Shown here: in pieces, positions 27,117 to 36,800 of the stretch | Position numbering within the stretch: position 1 is the stretch's first letter | Layout: each line of letters opens with the position of its first letter | From: Verrucomicrobiota bacterium | Lineage (GTDB): Bacteria; Verrucomicrobiota; Verrucomicrobiia; Limisphaerales; Palsa-1400 | Assembly (NCBI GenBank): GCA_049510745.1 | Contig: JBEKYR010000015.1 | Span: forward strand, 1-64,000 | DNA: 64,000 nucleotides | Reading direction: 5' to 3' | Position numbers and translations under genes: made by a program | Notes under the pieces: generated by a model | Databases searched by the model: none | Told to the model about the DNA's origin: nothing | What the model saw: only the letters and a program-made list of their open reading frames with translations

Positions 27117-27566
27117 CTAAATTATCACAGAAGTTAAAATCAAACGATTTTCCAGATAGCCCTTTTCCACGAAGGCATGCCCGTTCAGGCCCCACGTAGA
27201 TCCCCAACTGTTGCGCACCAAAACGCAACTTCCTTTCGCGGTTGTTCCATGTCCAACCGCTATCATTGCGTGATTTCCAGTGTCAGGATCGGGGCTCTTT
27301 TCCCCAACAACGCCTTCCGTATTGGGCGAATAAAAGCTTTCGCTTATGCGAACGCCGAGTAAAACAGGTCGCCCCGCATCGAGCAAGCCGCAAACTTGAT
27401 CGAACGATGTGCTACCAAGCGGGAGTTCTCGGCGAAATACCTGAAACGTGTCTGGTGGACTGCCGAGCGCCAAAGCCCCAGCAGTGGTATTCTGATATGG
27501 CCATTGGCTCTCATAAGGCTGCCCTTCTTTAAGCAACGCGTCAGATGCGGCACGTGCGGTAATTCC
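27117..27566 (-). pseudogene. Papain-like C1 peptidase, N-terminally truncated
   Basis: GQP.E..WPY, GNHAMIAVG, VRNSWG..WG.NG; catalytic-Cys region missing, upstream part of the listed ORF is antisense of the T4CP fragment. Confidence 0.8.
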
Positions 27567-29024
27567 CTTCTGATTGAACCGGCCTTCCGCGCCGAGTTCC
27601 TCACAACCGTTACCGACCCCGAATTGGTCTATTACTGGCAGAAAGTCTTTCCCCAATTGACCGGCAACCGCTCCGTTGGCCCGGTCCTGACTCGCCTCCA
27701 GGGCTTCATGAGCCAAAAGCCCATCCGCAACATGGTGTCGCAGTCGGAAAACAAACTCGATTTTGCCCACATCATGGACACCGGCAAAATCTTTCTGGCC
27801 CGGTTGCCGGAGGGATCTGGCGAGGAGAATTCGTTCCTCCTCGGGACTCTGCTCGTCTCAAAGTTCCAACAAATCGCCATGAGCCGCCAGTCGCAAGCCA
27901 TGTCCGCGCGCCGGGATTTCTGGCTCTATATTGACGAGTTTGACGATTTCATCACGCCGACGATGGCGAAGATTTTGAAGGGTTTGCGCAAATATCGCTT
28001 CGGACTCACGCTGGCCCACCAGGAATTGCACCAATTGCAGAGCGACCCGAAAGTGGCGAGCGCGGTTGCCACGCATCCAGGCACGCGGATTGTCTTTCGG
28101 GTTGGCGACGACGATGCCAAGCGGCTCGCGGAGAGCTTTTCCTCTTTCGACGCGCAGAGCTTGAAGAATCAGGCGAAATTCCACGCCATCGCCCGCGTGG
28201 AGCGGAGTGATTGCGATTTCAACCTGACAATCCGGCAACCGGAAAAGTCGGATGACGCGCAATGCGAGCGACGACGGCAAGAAGTCATCACGGCTTCGAG
28301 AAAAAAGTATGCGAGACCACGGGTGGAAGTTGAAGCGGCGTGGCGTGCAAGACTGGAAACGGTGACCCTAGTGCCTGAGCAACCCAAGCCCAAGCCGATT
28401 GCAGCAATCCTTCCGAAAGTTGCGGAAACAAAGCATGTTCCGCATGTTGCTGAAGTTCCGAAAACAGCAGTGGAGGAAAAATCGGCGACCGCGGAAACCG
28501 GGGACCAGGATAGCGACCACAATGCAATCAAGAAGCTGATTTGCAGAGAGGCGGGAGCCCTGGATTATACCGCAACCATTGAAGAACTTCTCCCGTCAGG
28601 CAGACGGGTTGACGTTGTCTTGCGACGGGGGAATCGATTGATTGCCTGCGAAATCGCCGGGACAAACACTGTGGAGTACGAGGCCGCCACCAACATAACC
28701 AAGTGTCTTGAAGCCGGGTTTGGCCATGTCGCCTCCATTTGCAGGGATCGGAAGAAATTGGGGAGAATTCAGCAGCGGCTTGCTGCCATGACGCCGGCTG
28801 ACGAGACCGCCAAAGTTGGCTTCTATGTGCCCGATGAGTTCATTTCCTTGCTTTCTGACTGGGCCTTCGCCGACCCGGAGGGCGGCAAGATAGAGAAAGG
28901 AAAGCCAAAGAAGCAGGACGTGCCCTTGGGCCCTGTAACCATGACGCCAGCCGAACAAGAAGAGCTTGAACGCCAAATGCTGGATGAAATGCGGAAAAGG
29001 ATGAAAGGCGGGGCGTCCGATTAG
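27567..29024 (+). pseudogene. VirD4-like coupling ATPase, C-terminal fragment with nuclease-like tail
   Basis: LYIDEFDDF, LRKYRFGLTLAHQELHQL, IVFRVG; tail RVDVVL....IACEIA; Walker A absent. Confidence 0.8.
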
Positions 29025-29080
29025 GCGGGCATGGTCTTTTTCCGCTTGATCCGGGCGCCAAATCAATCTTAGCTGTTGTT

Positions 29081-29461
29081 ATGGCTAAGACATTTAATTT
29101 CAAAGGTGCATCCGATCTGGACCTCACTCGACGCAAGAATGCCCTCCTGGAACGAATGCACATTCCGACCAGCGCGATGCGAGCCTCGTATGTCCGGCAG
29201 TTTCTGACCTGCGGTAAAAAGAATTGCCGCTGTCAGCGCGGGAGGAAGCACGGTCCCTTCCACTATCTGGTCCAGTGCCTGGGAGTCGGCTCCGTTCGCA
29301 AGTTCCTGCTGAAAACGACCGCCCAGCGCGAACAGGCGCGTGCCAGCATCGCCGCGTATGCGATTTTTCAGGAACAATTGGAGGAGCTTTCCCAAATCAA
29401 TGCAGAATTGTTGCGGCGCGGAGAACTTTTGGCCGAATCCGCCGCTGAATCTGCGGGATGA
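29081..29461 (+). CDS. DUF6788-like IS-associated Zn-binding protein
   Basis: CGKKNCRCQRGRKHGP motif. Confidence 0.7.
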   Translation: MAKTFNFKGASDLDLTRRKNALLERMHIPTSAMRASYVRQFLTCGKKNCRCQRGRKHGPFHYLVQCLGVGSVRKFLLKTTAQREQARASIAAYAIFQEQLEELSQINAELLRRGELLAESAAESAG

Positions 29462-29537
29462 AGGCCGCCGCGACACCTTCAGACATTCCCGCTCGCGCTC
29501 TACGCGTCTTTCTCCGGCGAAAATCGCGCGCGACTAC

Positions 29538-29565
29538 TTGACAGCAGATAATGGTACGGTAGTCT
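29538..29565 (+). promoter_or_regulatory. sigma70-type promoter embedded in stem-loop region
   Basis: TTGACA-N16-TAGTCT, enclosed by inverted repeat 29512-29524/29592-29604. Confidence 0.5.
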
Positions 29566-29708
29566 GTACACAGACAAGGAAGCGTGTCCTAATTTTCTCC
29601 GGAGCGGGCGTCATGCACTCACGCATGGCGCGCGGTGCGGAGAATGTCAGACCATTCTCTTCGCCGGTTTAGTCAGCCGGCTGAAATTACCAAGCATTAA
29701 TAACCACT

Positions 29709-29984
29709 ATGACAACCATAAAGAATGTTCCGGCGGGTAATCTGACCCAAGATGCCATCGAGAGCATCGAACGCATCATCTACAAGAGCGGCGACGACCT
29801 CGCCGTGAGCGTCGCCCGTTCGTGCGAGCGCCTTGAAGAGCGGATAGACGGCGCGGAATCCCGCCTCTATTCCCGTTTCGCGGACTTGGAAGACAAGCTG
29901 GAAGCGGTCGAAGAGGTCTTCGCCGCGCGGGGCGGACGGAAGGCGTTCTCCCGCCTGTCCGAACGGGCGAACGCGCCACGGTAA
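29709..29984 (+). CDS. Small hypothetical coiled-coil protein
   Basis: First of a tightly packed run of co-oriented small ORFs. Confidence 0.6.
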   Translation: MTTIKNVPAGNLTQDAIESIERIIYKSGDDLAVSVARSCERLEERIDGAESRLYSRFADLEDKLEAVEEVFAARGGRKAFSRLSERANAPR

Positions 29985-29988
29985 TACC

Positions 29989-30339
29989 ATGACGCAAAAA
30001 CAGGCGCTGGCACGCATCCTCGAATTCGCCCAGCGAAACATCACTGTGGACAGCAACAACGCGATTGCGGCGCGCGCGGCATTTGTGATTCTTTGGCTCG
30101 AAGATATGAACTGGCACAGTGAGGCTCGCGCACTGGCTGACAGGACGCTTGCCACGCCACGGCTCAAAGCCGCCTCCGAGAAACTCGAACAGGACGACAA
30201 GCGAACCGGCCAACTTCAAGATGCCGTCGCGTTGTTCAATTGGCTTTTCGGCTGGGGGCTTAACACGGACGAATGGCGAGCGACACAAGGCTCAACACTG
30301 GTCGAGGAGCTTTGGAACATTATCACCGCTTTGCCATAA
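29989..30339 (+). CDS. Small hypothetical protein
   Basis: 116-aa ORF 4 bp after the previous stop. Confidence 0.6.
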   Translation: MTQKQALARILEFAQRNITVDSNNAIAARAAFVILWLEDMNWHSEARALADRTLATPRLKAASEKLEQDDKRTGQLQDAVALFNWLFGWGLNTDEWRATQGSTLVEELWNIITALP

Positions 30340-30372
30340 TTCCCGTCAGTGTGACGCGAAAGAACAACAGCC

Positions 30373-30537
30373 ATGAAAACTTACACCATCACCCTGCCGG
30401 CGTTCAGGGCAGTCATTCAGGCGAAGAGCAATGAGGAGGCGTTGGAGCAGTTCTGGTTCAATTATGACATTGCCCGCGACGATCCGGAGTGGGACACGCC
30501 GATTATCAAAATAACAGGCAAAAAACATGGACGATAA
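30373..30537 (+). CDS. 54-aa hypothetical protein (not in ORF track)
   Basis: MKTYTITLPAFRAVIQAKSNEEALEQFW...; overlaps next start. Confidence 0.5.
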   Translation: MKTYTITLPAFRAVIQAKSNEEALEQFWFNYDIARDDPEWDTPIIKITGKKHGR

Positions 30538-30685
30538 AACTCTGGCAAGCTTGCATGAGATTATCAATTACCTCTTTGCCGACGAGGAAAAGAACTGGCT
30601 CGAAGCCGGCCGACCGGCGAGAGACCACATCTTCCATGACATTATGAGGATAACCGAGTGGCTGGATTCAGCCGCTCAAAAATAA
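30527..30685 (+). CDS. 52-aa hypothetical protein (not in ORF track)
   Basis: MDDKTLASLHEIINYLFADEEKNW...DHIFHDI; 4 bp from next start. Confidence 0.55.
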   Translation: MDDKTLASLHEIINYLFADEEKNWLEAGRPARDHIFHDIMRITEWLDSAAQK

Positions 30686-30689
30686 AACC

Positions 30690-30932
30690 ATGCAACAGAT
30701 ACGTAACACCCGACAATTACGACACACGCTTTCGCACGGAGAGCGTGAGTTTAAGCTCGCCCTTATGGGCGGCCTCTATTCGCGCAAAACCATGTGTTTG
30801 CTTTCCGATGGCCGCTTTCGGGTCGTCAACCACATTGACGAAACCGTCCAACGTCTCACCGGCCGACAGTTATACACCGAAAGCAATATCGGTAGGGCGA
30901 TGAAGCAGGGCGCCTTCGTAATCTCGCCATAG
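30690..30932 (+). CDS. Small hypothetical protein
   Basis: 80-aa ORF in the packed run. Confidence 0.55.
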   Translation: MQQIRNTRQLRHTLSHGEREFKLALMGGLYSRKTMCLLSDGRFRVVNHIDETVQRLTGRQLYTESNIGRAMKQGAFVISP

Positions 30933-30968
30933 CCCGCCGAAAAATTACCAACCTTAACCAACACCATC

Positions 30969-31181
30969 ATGCCACAATACGCAGATTTTCCCATCACCAG
31001 CGTCTGCCGCGCCGACCTCGAAAGCATCGGGTTTGACGCGAGCGGCGTGGACGACGCCACGATGAGGGAGCTTGCCGGAAAGCTCGCCGACGACTATTGC
31101 GAGCAGTTGTTTTGGGGCAGTCTGGACATCATCGCCGATTATCTCAAAATCCCGAAACGCGCACCCGTGCGCGTCTCATGA
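30969..31181 (+). CDS. Small acidic hypothetical protein
   Basis: FPITSVCRADLE..GFD...VDDATM.ELA.KLADDYCEQLFW. Confidence 0.65.
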   Translation: MPQYADFPITSVCRADLESIGFDASGVDDATMRELAGKLADDYCEQLFWGSLDIIADYLKIPKRAPVRVS

Positions 31182-32345
31182 CCTTGCCGCCGTGTCGTTT
31201 CCGGCCGCGTCCGCTTGGGCGCCGAACATCGGAAGCGCGGTCACGGCCGTTTTGAGCGCCGCCATTTGCAGATGGGTGTAGCGTTGATTCGTCGGCTTGG
31301 ATGTATGGCCGGTCAGCTTCATGCGGATTTCCTCCGCCACGCCAGCATTGGCCAGCGCGGAATTGAAGCTGTGCCGCAGGGAATGGAAAGTGCGCTTGGT
31401 GAAGTTCCGCGTGCCCTTGCCTGGTACGGTCATCGGGTCAATGCCGGCTTTCTTCACGATGCGCTTGAACCCCTCCGACAGCCCGTGTTTGCCGCCAGAA
31501 CCTTTGGCCGCCAGATTCGGGCAGAGGAACCCCGTCGTCTTGAAGGTGGACAGATAATTCAAGTGCTTAATCACGTGAAAGTGCATCGGCACAACCACTT
31601 TTTTGCCGGTCTTTTGCTGGGTGTAAACGATTGCCCCAAGTTCAGGATTGACGTTGTCCCATTTCATTTGCACGCAATCGCCCAATCGGGCGCCGATAAA
31701 ATACCCAAGGAGAATCAGCGTCTGCCATTCCAAAGACGGCGCCGCCTCCAAAAGTCTCCGAACTTCTTCGCTCGTGAACACCTCACGCTCCGAGGACTCG
31801 GCTTTCGGCGGACGGACGGCGGCAACCGGATTTTTCAAAATCGTCCCGAACGCTTCCGCGCGGCGAAACGCTGTGTTCAGCGTTTTCAAATCAATTATCG
31901 CGGTCTTTGGCGCCACGCCGGTGTTTAACCGCCACGTCAAAAAGTCTTCGATGTCCTTTGGCGCCACCGACGTCACCGGCTTTTTTGCCCTGCCATTCAA
32001 GCTTGCGACGAAGAGCTTGACCGTATTCCGGTAGCGTTCGAGTGTGGCCGGTGAATTACGGGCGGCGATGCTCGTGAGCCAATCGGCCAGATAATCCTCG
32101 ACTGGCGGCGTGGAGAGCGAATCGCCGGTGACTTTTTCCGAAACTTCGCTCAACACCTTCCGCAGTTGCATGGTTGTCAAAGACCCCGCCCGCGCCTTCT
32201 TTTCCACCCCTTCCAATCCCAAAGCGATTTGCATCGCCTGACCTCGATCCGTCGTCTTGGTTGACTTCTTCAATTGCCGTCCATCGCGGCTGGTGAAGCA
32301 GGCCATCCAGAACGGAGATTCCTTGCGTTTGAGAATGTTCGCCAT
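31176..32345 (-). CDS. Tyrosine recombinase/integrase
   Basis: N-terminal arm-binding-like region; GARLGD, KTG, FHSLRHSF, LTGH, Y. Confidence 0.95.
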   Translation of the reverse strand: MANILKRKESPFWMACFTSRDGRQLKKSTKTTDRGQAMQIALGLEGVEKKARAGSLTTMQLRKVLSEVSEKVTGDSLSTPPVEDYLADWLTSIAARNSPATLERYRNTVKLFVASLNGRAKKPVTSVAPKDIEDFLTWRLNTGVAPKTAIIDLKTLNTAFRRAEAFGTILKNPVAAVRPPKAESSEREVFTSEEVRRLLEAAPSLEWQTLILLGYFIGARLGDCVQMKWDNVNPELGAIVYTQQKTGKKVVVPMHFHVIKHLNYLSTFKTTGFLCPNLAAKGSGGKHGLSEGFKRIVKKAGIDPMTVPGKGTRNFTKRTFHSLRHSFNSALANAGVAEEIRMKLTGHTSKPTNQRYTHLQMAALKTAVTALPMFGAQADAAGNDTAARS

Positions 32346-32350
32346 ACACG

Positions 32351-32428
32351 AGTGAGAATAAAAGTGAGAATAAAAAGTTCAAGAAAAAAGTTTCATAAAA
32401 TCGCATCTAACTGCAAATCAATGTCTTG
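32351..32428 (+). promoter_or_regulatory. Arm-type tandem repeat plus IHF-consensus site
   Basis: AGTGAGAATAAAAGTGAGAATAA (32351-32373); AATCAA-TGTC-TTG (32416-32428) fits WATCAA-N4-TTR. Confidence 0.65.
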
Positions 32429-32441
32429 AGAATGGTGAATC

Positions 32442-32508
32442 GAGACGAGGGTTCGATTCCCTATGTCCTCCCATAGCGCGAAGCGCGACAGCGGATTCAC
32501 CCGCTCCA
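32442..32508 (+). repeat. Second tRNA-Gly 3'-end repeat, interrupted by a 34-bp insert
   Basis: GAGACGAGGGTTCGATTCCC [32462-32495] TTCACCCGCTCCA. Confidence 0.85.
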
Positions 32509-32570
32509 TGCAAGCTTCGTCAGTCATTCAAGTTACACGTGGTTGCTAAAATAATGTAGCGGCTTTGGAA

Positions 32571-32905
32571 TTACTTGGTCTGGGAGAACAGGAGCACGAC
32601 CCGGGGTCCTCTTGGGGTCTCGATTTGCCACTTCGGTTCCTCGAGGTCGTCCGGAACTACCAACCCGTCGCAAGTGCTGTCATAACTCGGCTTTCCATCC
32701 ACCAGGAATACGTAGCGATGTGTGTGGTTGTTCCGGATATCATTCAGAGTAGCAGTCCAAGTCTTCGTCGGCATGTCATAGGCCAAAGGAACTCTCTGCC
32801 AATCACTGAAAAAGCCGACGACTTCGACAGTCGTGGGAGGCGGTGTTTGCCCGTCCGAGACGGGCCAACGAAATTTCTTTGTGAAGCCGAGGTGCTGCTC
32901 CTGTG
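32571..32905 (-). pseudogene. Glycogen-binding (CBM48/AMPK-beta-like) domain protein, 5' truncated
   Basis: VEVVGFFSDW..VPL......W.......HRYVFLVDG. Confidence 0.65.
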
Positions 32906-32907
32906 CA

Positions 32908-33112
32908 TCAGGAGAGTTTTGCCCACGCCGTTGGGGCCGTGGAGCAAGCCGCAGGCCCGAACGGCGACCCACTGTTCGAGGCGGCGGCGGGTTTCCTTAA
33001 AGGTGTCCGAGGCATACGGTTTTTCCACCAACGCGCCGAAGGGCAACTGGCTGGCGCCCCAGAGGGTTTTGAGGGCGGTGTCCAAGTCAAGAGGATTTAT
33101 CGCGGCGGTCAT
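32908..33112 (-). pseudogene. ExeA-like AAA ATPase of a transposon, truncated after Walker A
   Basis: LPF...GLLHGPNGVGKTLL, then similarity ends; overlaps the end of the DDE gene. Confidence 0.7.
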
Positions 33113-33740
33113 AATCGCGGTCGGTATAGGTTTTGGCGTTGAGTTGTTTGTCGCAACGGCGGGCTGGGCCGACATATTTGTCGTCCCGCCAGATTTCGAT
33201 CCGGCGCCAGCCAAAGGAATCGAAGCGCACCTGGATGAGTTGGCCGCGCAGATGAACAGGCGCTTCCCACAGTTGGCCCTCCAGACTAAAGGTGGCGTCC
33301 AGGCGCACGCGGCGCTGGGTGCGGGACAGGAAGAGGCCCTCCCAGTCGGTTTGACTATCGGCCGTGCGCAAGTTGACCGCGCTTTGGGCGAAGCGTTCAG
33401 CCGGAGTCTGCCCTTCCAAGGCGCTGTGAGGCCGTTGGTGATATTCGCTTTCAATCCAACGCCAGAGGCGGGCATTGAGTTCTTCCAGGGTATGGACTGG
33501 GTCGAGGATCAGGCGGGCCTCGAAATCCATTTGCAGGGTGCGAAACCAGCGCTCCTGCTTTCCCCGCGACCAGGCCGCATAAGGCTGGGCGTGGCACAGC
33601 CTCACCCCCAGATTGGCGCACACGATTTGCAGATGATAGCTGGTGAAGATTTTGCCCTGATCGGTGTCGAGTTTTTCGGGGAAGCCGCGCCGGGCCAGGC
33701 CCTGCCGGAACCAATCCTGGAGACGAACGGGCCAAGGCCT
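33087..33740 (-). pseudogene. DDE transposase (rve + Mu-type C-terminus), 5' truncated
   Basis: PEKLDTDQGKIF, GKQERWFRT, YHQRPHSAL..QTP, RRVRLDAT. Confidence 0.85.
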
Positions 33741-33846
33741 GTTGCCTGCCTTCGATGAGTCCCTTCCCTTCCGAGGCTGAGATCGTCGAGAAACCGCATC
33801 CGGGACCATTCCCAATCATCGGAAAAGACGAGAAAGACGAATTTGT

Positions 33847-33876
33847 TTGCCTCTTTTGGGCTGTTTTCTTGCATTG
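33847..33876 (+). promoter_or_regulatory. Putative ECF-type promoter TTGCC-N19-GCATTG
   Basis: Second copy of the motif, upstream of the kinase. Confidence 0.55.
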
Positions 33877-33894
33877 AAGGGTGAATGATAGGAT

Positions 33895-36800
33895 TTGCCC
33901 ATGCCTCAGCCATCTGAACGCGAGATTGAAGTTTTCAACGCGGCGCTGGAATTGCCGGCTGCGGAGCGGGTCGCTTACCTGGATCAGGCCTGCGCCGGCG
34001 ACGACGCACTGCGCCAGCGCGTCGAGGAATTCCTTCAGGCCGGTGACAAAGCGGGTGCCTTCCTCGAACGCCCGGCGGCTTTTCCGCCCGGATCGGGCGG
34101 AACCATACAAATCGCACAGGTTGCCGCCGAGAAACCCGGCGACTGGATTGGCCGCTACAAACTGCTCCAACAAATCGGCGAGGGCGGTTGCGGCGTGGTT
34201 TATATGGCCGAGCAGGAGGAACCGGTCAGCCGCCGGGTCGCGCTCAAGGTCATCAAACTTGGCATGGACACCAAGAGCGTCATCGCCCGGTTCGAGGCCG
34301 AGCGGCAGGCGCTGGCGTTGATGGACCATCCCAACATCGCCAAGGTTCTGGAGGCCGGCGCGACGGAAACCGGCCGGCCGTACTTTGTCATGGAATTGGT
34401 GCGCGGCATCAAAATCACCGATTACTGCGACCAGAACAATCTCTCCACCCATGAACGGCTTGGTCTTTTCATTCAAATTTGTCGTGCCATCCAGCACGCG
34501 CACCAGAAAGGCGTCATTCATCGGGACATCAAGCCCTCGAACATCCTGGTCACAACGAACGACGGCGTGCCCCTGCCCAAGGTGATTGACTTTGGCATCG
34601 CCAAGGCCACGCAAGGCAAATTGACCGATCGAACCTTCTTCACCGCCTTCGAACAATTTATTGGGACGCCTGCCTACATGAGTCCGGAGCAGGCGGAGAT
34701 GAGCGCGCTGGATATTGACACGCGCAGCGACATCTACAGTCTGGGCGTATTGCTCTACGAATTGCTGACCGGCCAGACGCCTTTTGACGCCAAAAAGCTG
34801 CTGCAAGCCGGCTTGGATGAAATCCGCCGCACGATTCGGGAGCAGGAGCCGGCGCGTCCCTCGACGCGCCTCAGCACGATGCTAGGGGCGGACCTGACGG
34901 CCATAGCCAAGCACAGGAAAGTCGAACCGCCCAGGCTGGTTCATTTGCTGCGTGGCGACTTGGACTGGATCGTGATGAAAGCGTTGGAAAAGGATCGTAC
35001 GCGCCGTTACGAGACCGCCAATGGATTGGCTGCGGATATCCAGCGACATTTGAGCAACGAACCGGTGGTGGCCCGGCCAGCGAGCAATCTCTACAAATTC
35101 CAGAAACTGGCTCGACGGAACAAACTTGCCTTTATCGCCGCCAGCGCGGTGGCCGCCTCGCTCGTTATCGGTATGGGCTTGTCCACCTGGCTGTTCTTTA
35201 AAGAAAAGGCGGCGCATGAACGGGCCGTCGCCGCCGAAAAAACCCAGCACCAGTTGCGCCGACAAGCCCAAGCCGACGAGAAGAAGGCCCAGACCGAAGC
35301 CAACAAGAGCCGGCAAGTGGCCCAATTCCTAAAGGACATGCTCGCGGGCGTCGGCCCATCAGTCGCCTTGGGCCGGGACACGAAGATGCTGAAGGAGATC
35401 CTGGACAAGATCGTTGAGCGCGTGGGCAAAGACCTGACCAACCAGCCGGAGGTGGAGGAGGAATTGCGGAGCACAATCGGGAGCACCTACTTTGAACTCG
35501 GTGACTACTCGAAGGCCGTAGCGATGCAACGCGAGGCCCTGAGGCTCAGAAGAGCGCTGTTTGGTGAAACGAACGAATTGGTGGCCGCCTCACTCAACAG
35601 CTTGGGCTGCGCGCTGGACTACCAGGGCCGGCGACCCGAATCTGAGCGCGTCCTGCGGCAGGCATTGGAGATGCGCAGGAAACTATTGGGCGGCGAGCAC
35701 CTGGATGTGGCCACCTCGCTCCACGACCTCGCCCGCCCGGTCGGCGCTCAAGGCCGGGAGCCGGAAGCCGAGGCCCTGTATCGTGAAGCGCTGGCAATAC
35801 GGAGGAAACTGTCAGGCAACAAGAACCCGGAGGTGGCCCTGACGCTCGTCCAACTTGCCACGGTGCTCTGTAGGGAAGGCAAACTGGGCGAGGCTGAAAC
35901 CATGGGTCGAGAGGGACTCACCCTGTCCAGAGCAGTGTATGGCGACGAGCATCCGGAGGTAGCCCGGGCGATCGACAACCTAAGCGGCGAACTCCGAAGC
36001 CAAGGTAAACTAGCCGAGGCCGAGAGCCTGTCCCGCGAGGCCCTGGCAATGAAAAGAAAGCTTTTCGGTAACGAGCACCCCCTCGTGGCCCTCGCCCTCG
36101 CCGGCTTGGCGAGGGTGCTTCGGCTCGAGGGCAAACTGTCGGAGGCTGAAACCACTGGTCGCGAGGTGGTAAACCTGTATAAAAAGCTGCCCGACATCGA
36201 CCAAACGCCCGCAATCTGGTCGCGCAACGACCTGGGGCAGGTTCTCATGCGCGAAGGCAAATTTGACGAGGCTGAACAACTTCTCAACGACGTTCTAACC
36301 CCAGCCGGTGAGACCCAGCCCAAGAACGCCGGACTGCTGCGCGAGCGCGGCGAATTGCGCGCCCGGATGGGTCACTGGAAAGAGGCGGCGGCGGACTTCT
36401 CCAGGGTGGTCGAGTTTGAGCCGGAGGACCACGAAGCCTGTCACTCGCTCGCGCCCTTGCTCGTGCAAAGCGGCGATCTCGAAGGCTACCGCCGTCTTTG
36501 CGCGCGAGTCGTGGCGTGCTTCGGTGGAACCAATGACCCGGTCCTAGCCGAACGGATGGCCAAAGATTGTTTGATGCTCCCCAGGCCGGGCGCGGAGCTG
36601 ACGACCGAAAGCAATTGGGCCGACGCGGCTGTGACCATGGGCAAGAACCATCAGTATTTGGCGTATTTTCAGTTCGTGAAAGGCTTGGCCGAGTATCGCC
36701 AGGGCCATTTTGCCAGCGCGGTCGAATTGACGCAGAAAGTTCTGGCGAAAACCGGGCAGTTTCCCTTCCGCGACGTTGAGGCCTGCATGGTGTTGGCGAT

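Larger units (their letters stand above)
1877..32508. mobile_element. Degenerate integrative (ICE/IME-like) element at a tRNA-Gly-derived att site
   Basis: Direct tRNA-fragment repeats, terminal tyrosine integrase, shared GTGAGAATA repeats inside both ends, T4CP/primase fragments, defence cargo. Confidence 0.85.

Noticed and set aside
20284..29024. One coupling-protein gene split by a 6.8-kb insertion
   Set aside because: Breakpoints are at similar domain positions, but no target duplication is seen, both inner ends are themselves truncated genes, and the halves look like different paralogous subfamilies; unresolved without alignment
29081..29461. Intact IS element
   Set aside because: Accessory ORF only; no adjacent transposase or terminal repeats found
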